A stretch of DNA of 64,000 nucleotides from Antedon mediterranea. Lineage: Eukaryota > Animalia > Echinodermata. The stretch is from contig NC_092674.1 in the NCBI RefSeq assembly GCF_964355755.1, positions 28,086,001 to 28,150,000 on the forward strand, given 5' to 3'. Position 1 is the stretch's first letter. Each line of letters begins with the position of its first letter. This document shows, one piece after another, positions 37,301-50,885 of the stretch. The notes under the pieces are model-generated. The model worked only from the letters and a program-made list of their open reading frames with translations, had not been told where the DNA came from and made no database searches. The translations under genes were made by a program, and so were the position numbers.

Positions 37301-40300
37301 GATCGTTCGGTTAAAATTGACCTCTGAACCTTGCAATGGTCAAACAAGACTGGACACCCTTTTGGGAATTATCCCCGGACGTTTTTCAAAGTCGGCAAAT
37401 TCGCCAGTGTCGGCTGCGGGAGATAAAATTCTAAGAAATGGGAAGGTGACGGAGATTGATAAGCGAGTAATGGTTCAGGGATTGTTGCCTGCTGGACCGG
37501 CTTTGGAATCTGGACAAATTAATATAGGTGAGGCTTTATTCTTCTAACCCTAAAAATACTGTTAAAAAACAGTAATATTTCATTTAGCTTGTCACCACTT
37601 TAAAAGACTATACTGTAATTAACAGCAGGCGATCCTGTCGCCTAGGTTACTGACTTCTATAATCAATTTCATAATTAGTAATTGACTCATATTTTAATTA
37701 AAATCAATCTGTTTCCAACCAAGATAATTATTTCTTGTTTACTATGAATGTGTACCGTACACTATCTCTTTATCAACGTGACTAGCTTTATACATTTAGT
37801 TATTACATACTGACTCCGAGTTGTAACAAGACAATCTAACAACAGGATGCTGAGCTCCGGAGGTCAAAGGGTTTAACTGTGGCTATGACACGCCCCTTAA
37901 CAGACACAGTGCGCCACAATATGTAGTACAGTACTGTTTGTATTTGTCGCAGCCAGATATACTTTTATCAAAAGACTGTTCCTATCTTGGCAAGACGAGC
38001 TCATTGTCCAGTTGTTAGATTGCCTTAGTTCTACAGAATGCAAAATTTTATAGAAAATGTATTTAAGATTTGAACAACAATTAAAGCTAGTACTTTGCTG
38101 AAATTAAAAAAAACCTTCTTTTTTTAGATAAGAAAGTACTAATAAATACAAAATACTGAGAATTTAACAAGGTCTATGATTACTGTAGAGGGTGTATAGC
38201 TCAGAGGAAAATGTTCATTAGTGATTTTAAACCTACTACAGTACCTACCAGATCTCAGAAATACAAATTAGGTTATCCTAAACAAAACAACCAATTACTT
38301 TAGTTAAGCTACCAATTAAATGATAACTCTTGAGAAAAAAGGGAGTGTACTGTAGGGTTTGTTGCACACTGCTGTAGGCATGATGTAGGTCGTCGGAGGA
38401 ATGTCAAAGCTTTAAAAGAGGTTTGTTATTGTAACTGGAGTATTTGAGAGTCTGTAAAAGAATTTTGTGAGCCTATAAACCTTATTAACTGGGTATTAAA
38501 CTGTTACTACACATGTTAAAATTAGGAAGCTTTCTTACACCATACAGTATGTTCTTCTTTTGTCAGAATTTTTTTTATACAGTATATTAATTAATGCTTT
38601 CATGCAATTTGAAATAATCGATTTGTGTATGCTCCTGTCATATTACAGTGTACTGTATATTAGTTTTATTTCTGTCCAATTTTTTCTGGAGCATTTCTTT
38701 TGAATAATTTCTGTAAAGATGCTTGTTACTCTTATCCAGTATTGTATAAACTATAGATAACTTACATCATAATTAATGAACTTCCTATAATCGCCAAAAC
38801 AACACCACTATTATCATTGTCGTTGTCATTATCATCGTTATGATGATGATCATCATTATCATCATCATTATCATAATCATTATCATCATCATTATCATCA
38901 TCATTATTATTATTAGCATCATCATCATCATCAGTATCATCAGCATCATCATTATTATCATGATGATGATGATTCATCACCATCATTATCATCATCATCA
39001 CCATCATTATCATCATCATAATCATCATTATCATCATAATCATCATTATCATCATAATCATCATTAACATCATATCATGATCATTGTGATGATCATAATC
39101 ATCAACATATCATGAAAGAAAACCAATACAACTGTATTCTTCTTCATGCTAAAGCTAGCTTCCTCACATAATATATTTTCTATTGATCAGCTTTTTTCTG
39201 TTGTTTCCTGAAATCTTCTGCTTTGAGCAATAGCTTCAGTAGATTTGAATGACCCCCTTCATTTCTGTTTCCTTCATTTTACAGGTGACTGGTTGGTAGC
39301 GATCAATGATGTTGAAGTTGGACTTCACAATCTTAATAATGTCTTGACATCCATACCAAATGCACCTACTGTAAGTTGACTATTGTAGTTAATCATGAAT
39401 ATTTATATTGAATCTAATTTTAAAAACAACTTTCATTTTGTCCTTGTCAAATATTCTATGCAAATTATTTAATTTTAAGGCATGATATAGAATTTCTTTC
39501 ACCTCAGAAAATGTTTATTTCTTTTTACAGATGACATAGATTAATATACTGAATTGAATTGTTAATTGTCCAAGAATATTAAAAACAAATACAATTGTCA
39601 CTCAGATTGTCAAAGTACTTAAATAATAATAAATTTAATAATTAATAAATATTTGTTTATCAGGTTAACGTTACGATAGAAAGCCTAGGATATGAAGGAA
39701 AGGACACGTTTATAACTCAACCAACTCGATCACCACGCACAAGTAACTTGGTTAAACTTATTAGCGGGGAAAGACTAGAAGAGACACAGCAGACCCTTAG
39801 TGGCACGCCTCATGTCATTATGTTCCTAACCCTGGGAAAAGATGACAAAGACTCAGGAAATGTAAGTATGTCATTTTGTCACTATTGCCGTGTCATAGTA
39901 GCTAGGAGCACTCACTAGCTAAACCTAGGGACCCCAAAGCTTATGAAGCCCAGAGCTTTTACGCTTGGTTCCCACTAAGGACACAACACAAGCAAGCAAG
40001 CAATGGATTTTTCTAACAGTCAATTGTTTGCGATGCGTCTACGTCCTTGCGATGCGTCTACGTCCTTGTGGTGCGTCTCTAGTGTGAACCAAGCTTAAGG
40101 AGCCACAGATCATGAGTATCCCCAATGCGACTTCTCAGCATTGGAGGGCCCTCTTAAGAGTGCTAAACCAGGGGCCTTTTCCCCATGCATTACGCCACTG
40201 CACTACTGTTATCAATAACATTATAAGCAAATTCCAAATTGTCACTTTTATTCATTAAACACACTCTTAACCTAAAAATTTGCATTCAGAAGTGAGATGG

Positions 40301-43300
40301 AGTATATTCATTACTTTATTTTATTAAAAATCACAGTTTTCTTTTAATTCTGTCCTAAAAATATTCACAGTAAGGTTGTCAAATTGATAGATTACAGGAT
40401 AAATTGCTTTGTAGTGCTAAATGGCACTAAGGTTACCATAGGCATACACAATGCTTAGCCTAAATGACTGTACACGTGAACAGTCACAAAATGTAGTCCA
40501 TCTTCCTGTGCAAATCGCTCAGTGCGGTTTTTTATAAATGCTTGTGGTAACAGACAGGGTTAACTAAACTAGACATAATATATTGTAAGTTTGTTTAAAA
40601 TTTGGAGTTAGAAAGTAGAAGTTAGATTGTGCTAAATACTAAAGTTTATCTTTAAATAATTACACAGAGTACCTTATGACGATTGAGAAAATCAAATCTG
40701 TCATTTAATACTGTTGCATCTTTCTTTATAAAATAGACATTTATATATTTATTTACATACTGTTTTTCGTTTTAAGGAAATTTTATTCCGTTACCCAGAA
40801 GGCAGTGCATCTCAGAAGCTATCGGCCATTCAGGGGTTGTTTATCACCCTTGGAGACATGTTACTCAAGTTGACAGGCAGCAAGGTAAACAGGTATGTGT
40901 ACAGGATATTAACAACACTTTATTTTTAGGTATCCCTGAGTTTATTCCATTAGGAATCATCAAAATCACTATTACTTAAAATATAATGAAATAAATAAAA
41001 ATAATCATTAGATAATTAGACCTACAGGAAAAGAGATATTATTACAGGTATAGAGAAATTTTAATCTGCCCAGTGATATTAATTTGTAAAGATATTTGTG
41101 AAAATAAGAAAAAAAAAACAATCTAAACTTGGATTTGAACCAGTAATCTTCTACTTGATATGCAGATATTCTACAGTACCATTAGACCACTGGGCTTTTA
41201 CAGCATGGTTCAATATCATAAAAATACCCTTCTTTCTTTCACAACTTCATTAAAGATATGTAGGTTAATAAACCACATTCACACTATGGTATTTGAACCA
41301 GGAATCTTCTGCTTAATATGCTGATATCGTACAGTACCATTAGACCACTGGGCATTCATGGTGTGGTTCAATATCATAAAATAACCCTCTTTCTTTCACG
41401 TATGTATGTTATTGTAGGTTAATACACCACATTTACACTTTGCTTTTTACTGTGAGTAACCCTTTTTAACAGTAACCATTGTTATTAAAGTTGACCTCTA
41501 GGGAGTTATTACCCTCTGTCGGCCATTACAACCTCTATTGTAATAGAGCTGGATCAAAATTCTCCCAGTGAGTTTGTGTTGTAGACACAATACAATACAA
41601 TAGTACCATGTACTGTTATTTGCCTTTGCAATATACCTGATACACACATGCGGTATAACTAATAAGTAACTTCTATAAACTATTGTTAGGACAAGTAGTT
41701 TATAGTACAAATAACAAATTTGTTTTTTTAAAGAAAGCGCATTCTGTATTTGCCAGGTATACATGGATTTTATAGTCTATAAAGCTATATTGGTGACATT
41801 CTCTAGGGTTATTTGTTATTGATAGGCTCTTGAAATATTAAGTAAATATTTAAGTGTGGTAACTGTTACCATAAAACAAGCATGGTAAAATGCAAACTTG
41901 TTTAAATATTGATTGTGAATATAAAACTATAAGGAATTAAATAGGTTTAATATATAAATCACTCAAACACACACACTAGAAAAATGAGGCTCACTCACTC
42001 CATGGTTCTGGTGGTAGAACGAGTCTTCTCGGATAAGGTCTATAAACCGTAGGTACAGTGTACACATCTAGCTCGTGTGCACTTTAAAGAACCTAGTACA
42101 TCTTTCGAGACGAGTAGGGGGTTACCCCGTTGTATTAGTACATCACAGCCACTGATCACCAACTGAGCCCTCTGGGAGACCAGTCATTGACTGAAGAGGT
42201 TACCCAGTATAAATATAAATTTCAATTCAATTCAACATAAGCAATAATTTACTATTCTCTGAAAATGACCAGTCGATTTATTGATGCGTAAAAAATGCAC
42301 ACTGTCCATTTTTGTTTTAGTCTGTAGGTCCAGACTCCATAATCTGATACTGTAAGGGTCAACCGTCATGGTGTGATGTGGTAACTGACCCAATATCTAT
42401 GACTGACCTCATTTCTAGTTTAATCATGATTTTAAGCTGATAATTGGAATCTGATTTTCTCGTAACTGTAAAGCAATGGTCACAACCAATGTTCATTCTA
42501 GCCTTGTAGTACAGGATAAAGAACTTTTAAATTCAAACAAAGTGGCGGGTCATGTATTCTAGAGAAAAGAGAGAAATTTAGTACTGAACTTAATAAGAAA
42601 TGAAGTGCTTGACTTAATTTGATGTCCTATCTTTTGCATTACAATTTGTGAAATGTAGAGGGGGGCCTGAGCTGGCTGGACACCCTTCCCCCAACCCCTT
42701 GAATCTTCCCCTGCTTCACAGCAATAAAATGTTCCTACATGCAGTGTTTATCACAGCCTCAAACAACACAAATATAGTATAAAATAGATTTTAAAATTAG
42801 CCAACTGAGTTTGTTTGACACCTTTTATAACAGGGCCTAGATTGTGTCCGATTCTTCTGGCATTGTTTGATAGTAAAGATTTATTCAAGTGTGTAAGTTA
42901 GACACAATAACACCTTACAGGGACAGCTTCCACCTGATTTCAACTATAGTAAGCTCTGAACAAAACAGTCATTACTAAACAAATCAATTGCAATAGTTTG
43001 TTGTTCAGTGTGTTGTATAGTGAGATATGGTTGAGACAGGTTTAGGCCTGGCAAGGTTACTTCTTCTGTTAACTTGCCTAGATGTAAATCCCTGTATAAT
43101 GCAGATTGTTTATGACATTTATTTAAAGATATATTGTCCCACTTTACATTTTTTTGATGAATATGCCATTTTAATTTTGCATGTGGTACACTTTGACTGT
43201 AAAATTGGATCCAAAACAAAATCAGTTACCTGAAAAACTGTAATTTAAAGCATAAAATTGTCAAATCATAGAGAATTAAACCCATTGCTCTATGATCAAA

Positions 43301-46300
43301 CACAATGAATACATTTTTTTTGACTAATTTTTTAAATCAATTTTCCAGTTCTTCCATTATATCTGGCGGCACAACAATCCATGTGGCCTACTATCAACAT
43401 GAGACAGAGGTGATGGTGTTAGCGGCTCCCGCTAAGAACTTATCACGTTACCAAATAATTAGAGTAATGAATGATACCGTACGACTACTGGAGTATATGT
43501 ATGGTTCGGTCCCAAGGTAAATGCGATTTTCTTTTTATCTTAAATAATCAATGGATATAAATTGATACAGTATCTTGAGTTGTGAAAGTATCTAAATCCA
43601 GTCCAGTCCAGTATCATAGGCACATTCTGTGATACACTATCACATGTGTGTCACATCTGTAGGCTATATCATAGACTATAACCTAACCATTAACAAAACA
43701 AGCATAACACCACATGTGATCCAGATAAGATGCTGTATTAAGGAATTTGGACTATGATACTGGACAAATATTGTCATATATGGAGATACAGCACTACAGT
43801 ATATGTGGAGAATCAGGTGAAAAAAGTTTATTATGCCAACATGTCAACATTGCATAGATGGAAAACTATGGATATTGGAAGAGATATTGACATTGTATTT
43901 TATTGTTTTTTTGTTAGAGCGTTCACAGAAGCTGATAATCATCCTAGGTTGTGCCATTTATTCTCCATTCTCTTCCAACAACTTTTAAACCCCGACATCG
44001 ATTCAAAACTCTCCCATGGCCTTGTCTTCCTCAACCTGCTTCCTGCCGTTAGAGGTCTTGATCTTCCGGAAGAACACAAAGTCAACGTACACAGCAGTCT
44101 GAGTGAGCTGGAAGCGGCTGACTTTGCTGAGATGTCAGACGTACACTACGACGATCGTCGGCCGTACGTGATCCTTGGAACTTGCATTTATTATAAGGAC
44201 TTTTTACTAGCGAATCATTTACCAAAGAACGATCTGTTAGATATTGATATCTACTGCCGGTATTTTTGTTTGTTATCGTTGGCGACTGAACAGCGCATGG
44301 GACAGCTTGTTGTATGGCGCGAAGTGTTTCCTTCCGTTTCCGACGAACCAGAATCTACGGGCTACACACGACCTCACGGCCGTTACTTTCTTTTAATCGT
44401 AGGAATTGTAAGTATTTTGTTTCTTATTATTATAACCAAAGCAAATTAACAGGACACTGAGCTCACCTTGCCAAGATAGGAACTCGTATAAGTTTTTTGA
44501 TCTTATGTCAGGCTGTGACAAATACTGTACTATGTACATAGATGCATGCGGTGCCAGTTAAGGGGCGTGGGACTGGTTGTGTCGCAGCCACAGATAAACC
44601 CTTTGATCTCTGACGCTCAGCAACCTGTTGTTAGGTATAACGCATTCACATAATCCTGGTGATTATACAGATCGCATGTTGCATAATAGAATTGCATATG
44701 CTCTCAGATGTGCACTAAAAATGTTACCCTTTATTGGTTATATTGTCACATTTACAATTATTTGTTTTACTTTTTTTAGAAACATAGTGTTCTATGTGTG
44801 TTATTAGAATCTGCTGGTTGTGCTGCAAAGTATGTACATTATATTCTTTTCAATAAGTAAATTTTAAAAATAATTCTGTTAGAATTGTATTTGTGATATA
44901 AGACACAGTAGACAAAACAAAACGTTACATGTTACCCCTAACAACACATTTATAGTAGTGGCGCTGTGACTTGGTGGTCGACACGCTTCCTTACAATCTA
45001 CTCACAATCCAGTCAGACAATACCTAGGCCTCATGAGACTTGATTTTAATAAGTATGAGTTTTCCATAGTGTAATTGGCGAGTCATGTTGTTGCTGGTGA
45101 ATAGTGGAACATGAGATTGATAATAATATGGTTTATTTATTTGTGATTGTTTTGTTACTTTTGTAGAGCTATAGGCAATCCAAGCCCGGACCCATTTTAT
45201 GTAGACCAAGCTAGGGCTACTTTACTTCACCTTGAGGCCATTGGCATCCCTAAAGCCTGTGAAGATAGGTAAGTGTTATCAACCTTGTAAGAATACAGTT
45301 GTATTATTGTTTGTTTTGTATGTCACAGTTTAATTATAAGGCTTCTGTATCCTGTGCTTTTGTTAATTTAATTAAGATTCTAGTCAATTCATTAGGTAGT
45401 ATTATTTTCTGACTTTATAGCCATGACATTTTGAAATGAAGAATTATAGGTTTCATTTAATTTTAAAAGGTTTCATTAAAGAATTCAACTATTACCCCTC
45501 TAAGCTGATTAGTTAGGCCTGAATTATCGTACTTATACTTGAAAACAGTAAAACTGAATTGCAAGATATACTGTAATTGTAAAGGCTAGGCAAATAATAT
45601 AATGCCTCTCTTGAGTAATAATTCACTTCTTGTGTAGGATTAACTTTAGTGTTTATCATAGTATTTATTTGGATTTTTTAAAGCAAATGACAACAGTATG
45701 AGTGATTTTCGTTTCAGGTTAACTGTGCCACCAATCCCGGCCTTGTCCTGTGCTGATTGGTTCTTTCCTCTTCCTCGTGGTTCTAGTGATACCGGGACAC
45801 CAGTACAAGCGCTGCAAGCTTCGCCAATGCTAAGTAAACTACACAGCCAATCACCTGCCAGAGGTAACGTTTGAATGGATACTTTCACAAAAATCAGCCA
45901 CCCTTGCATGTACAGTCAACTTCCCCAATACTGGACTCTCTGAAAATTGGAAAATCTCCCAATACCAGACTTTTCTTGAGTTCCAAAATGTCCCAAATTT
46001 ATTTTTACCTTTAATCATGCATTCTGAATACCGGACTTTATAGAAAAACAGACAAATTAACCAGCCCAAAAGTGTCCGGTATTGGGAGAGTTAACTGTAT
46101 TACATTTTATAGAATGGGAAAGAATTTATATATCCTAAATATCACACATTTTGGTCATCTGATCGTCTGTTATGCTTGACTAACTACAGTAACATTGCCT
46201 ACAGTTGTGGACATTCACAAACAGTATTCTCTGTCAATGCATAATTTACTGTAGATTCATCAATTTTTTCTATAATAGAAATCTATTTCTGTATTATTCT

Positions 46301-49300
46301 TAACAGGTCGTAAAACACTTCACGTTGAGACGCCCACCAGTAGACGGAGTTCCTTATCGTCTGGACCTTCATTAGGAACCCCAGCCTCCAAACGGCGTAA
46401 TAAAGAATCGGACAATGATAGCGAAGTAAGCCCTATGAATTCACGCGCCAATAGCACTCAGTCATCGCCAAATTCAGGACGGAGGCATGATCACCAAAGA
46501 ATGAACTCTGATCTTTCTGGATCGGAAGGCAGTAGTGATGTTTACAGAGTAAGACCATTTTAAAATGTTACTGAACTTAATTGCATACAGTTGTGGACAA
46601 ACCATTTCAGTAAAATTAATTTACTAAATATAAATGAACTATTAGATATTTATTTACGTCCAAAAGACAAAAAGTAAAAAAAAAAAAAAACATTAATGAC
46701 AGATTGAGATTATTAAAAAAATGGATGAAGGCAGGATTCCAAAAAGATGAAAATCTTGTGGCTGGATTTCTTTGCCATAAGTTTTCACCTATAAATATAA
46801 AGTCGGTCGATTTTAACTCCAAACATAGCGTGTGAGAATGTGGTATTTTTATAAGCAAAATGTTATCGCATCGACCGTGAGCTTTGCCCCGGCACGTTTA
46901 CTGGTACTCAAATTAGTTATGTTTTAAACTCGAAAGGAAATAAACATAGCAGTATTATGAATCTGTTAATGCCTGCAATAGTACACAAATCTGTCAACAC
47001 TCTGTGTTTTTACACCACCTGTGGACAGTGCATACCAAATGCCAATGGTATTAAAGCTGCCTTAATTCACTATAATTTGGGCTACGATTTGTTTAAATTT
47101 TAATCCTCTAGAAAATCATTACTAAACATAACATCAAGGATGCAAGTGATTGTTTTTGATAAATTTATAAAATTGGCAAGCTTTGCTAGACTGAAAAGTA
47201 ACTATTTTTTCCAAGACAGCTACTTTTGAAAATTTATAAAGACTTTTTTTTTGTCACAATTTTTTTTTTATATTCATTATAATAAATTAATAGTTGATCA
47301 CTTTGACCAAAAAATGGATCGAAAATATTTACCTAAATAAACTGTAATACAATACATCTTTAACTAACAATTTGCTAGTTTTCAAGAGTGAAATTCGAGC
47401 CTTAGTAATGAAATAAATAAAAATGTGAATTTTATTTAAATTTTATTTTATTTTAAATTTATTAACATTTACAGTGGATTGAACTAAAAAAATTGTCATC
47501 TTTAAATATCAATTTACAAATTCGTTCGAAGAACAATATGCATCAATTAAATGACTATAGCCAATTTGGATATTAAAATATTGATAAATAATAATAATAA
47601 TAATAATATAAATAATCCAAAACTCATCATCCTTTGTTGAATTGAATAACTCTATAACACATAATATTTATCTGATTGATATTTTGATTATAAGTTACAG
47701 TGCATCTTTAATTCGTTTACATGTGTTTTTTTTTTCAGAGTGGCCGAGATAGAAGGATTATACCGGACCCATATAATCTAGGAGTTATACAGCACCAATT
47801 AGCCGAGATAGAATACAAGGACATTATATCGGCTACTAAGTATGTGCTGTATTATTCCTCTGCATGTTGTTACTCCAAAGGTTGCAGCCATGGTGGTTTC
47901 ACCTTGTGAGACGCCTCTGTGTAAAACTAAAATATTGAATAAAATTTAATTTAAAAAAAAATATATATATATAGGTATATTGTCCCCCTAAAAACAGATT
48001 TTTTTGTCAGTCAGACAATGGTTTTTGGTTAAAATTACCCGTTTCTGTTGTCTTTTTATAAGTGGAATAAATTTTATTTTTTGTTTGATTTTTTTTAAAG
48101 AAGTGAATAACTTTATTAAAACTGCAAAATAACCTATTCAAAGTATGTTTTCATTAATCTTCATTTTTCATGTTTTTTAGGAAGAAAATACATCTTTAAT
48201 TAAAGAATTTTTTTCCCTTGCATTTAGGTTAACCGCCGGCCATGATAACACCCTGTTCCACTTTGTTGATGTAAACACAACAGAAGGCGTTGTGATCTGT
48301 CCCACCCACAGTGATGTTGCAATGTTAGGGGGTATTCTACACCCCCAGCTCCTTGAAAACTTTCATCAGGCCTGTATGAGAATACGCCAAATATTTGCTA
48401 GAGCCAAACGCAAAGTAAGTCACAACAAATATATGATACATAGAATCTACATTTGTTAAATGATTGGAAATAATACTTTTATTTTTGAAATTTTATACAT
48501 AAAGATTGTTCAATATGAATTTTTGTATGTGCACTGGGAAGAGCAACCATATAACAAGAACTACTACTACCACCATCCTGTTTCAGGAGATTACCACCTA
48601 TCTGATATTGATTAATTTACTATTGGTAATCCTTGGTAACATTTGCCTAAAGACATAAAATAAAAAAAATACATACATACGCATGCTAGAGTTTCTTTTG
48701 CTTTGTAGAAATTAATTTTAAAACTTAAAAATAATCGAATAAAAAATGATTTACCTAAAAACATAGTCACATTTTTGGTTTAATTTTTTTTTTTTTTTTT
48801 TTCTATGCAAGTGATTAACTTTATTAAAACTGCAAAGTGACCTATTCAAAGTATTTTTTATTAACCTTCTTTTTTCATGTTTTTTGGGGACAATACATCT
48901 TTAAAGGCTGAAAAATTCTATGTATTTCAATTTAATTTTTATTTTATTTCTTAGGCACAGAAAACCAAAATGAATAGTGGTCAGCTGATCAACAAACAAG
49001 AGGGGATGGGGCATGTTAAAGAACAGGGCATCCTGTTTCACTGTACTTCTCCTAATTGGCCAGAACAACGCAAAGCTCCACCCACAATGCAGTACTGGGT
49101 CGTAGGGTATGTATATATGTTTATATAATTATTTGAGATGCCTTACATTGGCTGAGAGAAACCAGAAGTTAGCTGTACTCTTCAGAATTTTTTGTTACAA
49201 AGGCACTACTACTATTTACAGGTGTTTGTATAATTGTTTTAATTTAATTTTAAATATTAACATTCTTTAATATGATAATACATGAAATGTTGTCCATTGG

Positions 49301-49536
49301 GCCACAATTTGAGTAATGTTTCTTTTTTAATTTGCAAAAAAATAAAATAAAATCAGGGTTTAACATAAGATAATACGGTCTCTTTTCCCATGGTTTTTGA
49401 ATATTTTTTTTTCTCTTTGCCTAGGCGGCTGTATGGTGATAAACAATCACGAGAAATCTACGTCTGCTATCATGAGTCAGCGAGTCAGAATGCGATAGAG
49501 CTGGCATTTAAACTAGCATTCGGATCTGGTTTATGA
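34399..49536 (+). CDS. INTU: Protein inturned (CPLANE ciliogenesis/planar cell polarity effector; PDZ + longin domains), ~933 aa, 15 coding exons
   Basis: Exons 34399-34565, 37043-37527, 39285-39370, 39664-39861, 40777-40892, 43349-43516, 43918-44407, 44780-44829, 45167-45268, 45718-45863, 46307-46548, 47739-47839, 48228-48414, 48955-49106, 49425-49536 (2802 nt, in frame). Motifs DGLEPVW...GDLFFI, PDZ QGLLPAGPA..SGQINIGDWLVAIND, LVVWREVFP, LTAGHDNTLFHF and YWVVGR...YVCYHES...IELAFKL match vertebrate INTU as I recall it. Confidence 0.93.
36252..36585. mobile_element. Kolobok-like non-autonomous DNA transposon
   Basis: TTAA|AGATGTATTGTCCCC...GGCGACAATACATCT|TTAA (TTAA TSD, AG..CT termini). Related pieces at ~4170-4305, 47972-48195 and 48750-48900. 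Confidence 0.7.
37832..38023. mobile_element. Small TIR element; second copy inverted at ~44449-44636
   Basis: Termini CAATCTAACAAC / GTTGTTAGATTG. Internal motifs (CAAAGGGTTTA, ACGCCCCTTAAC, CCTATCTTGGCAAG) appear reverse-complemented in INTU intron 7. Confidence 0.55.
38808..39112. repeat. (ATC/ATT/ATG)n trinucleotide microsatellite in INTU intron 2
   Basis: Long imperfect CAT/TAT triplet run. Confidence 0.95.
39961..40095. mobile_element. Degenerate family-A-related MITE in INTU intron 4
   Basis: CGCTTGGTTCCCACTA...CTAGTGTGAACCAAGCT. Confidence 0.65.
41131..41353 (-). pseudogene. Two tandem degenerate tRNA-like / SINE-head sequences (41131-41195 and 41288-41353)
   Basis: The minus strand reads GCCCAGTGGTCTAATGG (A box)...GGTTCAAATCC (B box). 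No convincing cloverleaf; part of a ~158-bp local duplication. Confidence 0.5.
42000..42235 (+). mobile_element. 5'-truncated SINE with Deu-domain-like core and (TTCAA)n tail
   Basis: TCGGATAAGGTCTATAAACCGTAGGT...GCACTTTAAAGAACC...TCGAGACGAGTAGGGGGTTACCCCG resembles the DeuSINE central domain from memory; ends in TTCAA repeats. Confidence 0.6.
45913..46097. mobile_element. Tc1/mariner-type MITE
   Basis: TA|CAGTCAACTTCCCCAATACTGGAC...GTCCGGTATTGGGAGAGTTAACTG|TA (TA TSD, CAGT termini). Confidence 0.75.
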
Positions 49537-49777
49537 CACGTTTTCCCACAGAGGGCACCATACTAGTTAACTTTGCCAAAACACCATCTGAACATAGTCC
49601 AAATAAATTCATCATTTGTGTACTGTAAACTCTCTTTAGGAATCATATATTATTTGTTAAACCAGGGAAGAGTGAATGGTTTTCTATCCAAACACAAAAT
49701 AATTGTATAAATATACCTGTTATATATTAATGTAATTTCAGAATGAGACAATTGATCCTAAAATAAACGCATAACAA

Positions 49778-49900
49778 AGCTCTGTCTACACTATCAGACT
49801 AGTGATGTGCCCAAATATGGTAGTGATATGACATCATCATGTCGATATATGGGCACAACACATTTGTTTGTCCATAAAGTTTAATAGTGTAGACAGAGCT
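49778..49900. mobile_element. Family-B MITE
   Basis: Family-B TIRs, downstream of the INTU stop. Confidence 0.85.
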
Positions 49901-50219
49901 TAAAATACTTCAAATATACCAGTGTTACTTCCACCATTATCTGGGAAACCTCTCTCAAATGAATTACCGCCGCAGGTAAATCTGACCATAAAAAAAAAAG
50001 TATGTCCGTTTATAAAATATGTTTGAAATCGTGTAATGATAGTAAAATGATGATGCATGTGCTGCTGTACTAAAAACTATGCAAACTTATTAAAGTATTG
50101 GTAATTGTGGAAGAACGATAAATATATTTTTGGAAATTAAATACAGAGGTGCTATTATTACTAGTATTAGGTATTATATATGATTTTTTGTTCTTTTTTA
50201 ATGCAAAACATAGTGTGTA

Positions 50220-50365
50220 AGCTCTGTCTACACTTTCAAACTTTGTGACAAACAAATGTGATGTACCCATATATATGGACATGATTATTATATTTAGGCG
50301 TATCACTACCATATTTGGGCACATCACATTTTGTTTTCACAAAGTTTGAAAGTGTAAACAGAGCT
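50220..50365. mobile_element. Family-B MITE
   Basis: Family-B TIRs, between INTU and NUP54. Confidence 0.85.
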
Positions 50366-50885
50366 TAGATGAAGTATAATAATTATTAATTTTCTAAACA
50401 AGTTTGCTTGATTCTTCTCAAATATGTTTGTGCAATATTTTTACAATTTTTTTTGCTGAACTTGTATTTATACTCAATAATCAAGTCATTTAGTTATCCT
50501 AACAATATACAGTATATCTCATAGTTAATAGTGTATTTTTAATAAATGAATATCCGTATAGTAGTTGAGTTGTTTAATTTGTTGTTATTTAATACAAGAT
50601 CAATAATTATAGAGAATATTAAATAATTTTTTTACATTTTTTGTTTACTAAACTGTGGAACACAGGTGTAATGAATAGGAAATGAAATTTTTATGAATTG
50701 AAACATTTATTTAATAACAGACCAAATTTAAAAATCAATCGACTATGCATTCAAATTGCGCAAATAAAATCGCACATTGATTTTAAAAAAAACTTCACTG
50801 TAATAGAAACCTCGGTTCCCACAGGGCTCTGGTTTAGTAAACTTAATTACGCCCTCTATTTTCTATCGTCACAATTCAAAACAAG

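Noticed and set aside
38762-39073. His/Asp/Ile/Met-rich ORFs on both strands
   Set aside because: Translations of a trinucleotide microsatellite inside INTU intron 2.
41131-41353. Functional tRNA genes
   Set aside because: A/B boxes are present, but acceptor and anticodon stems do not pair convincingly; kept only as tRNA-like relics.
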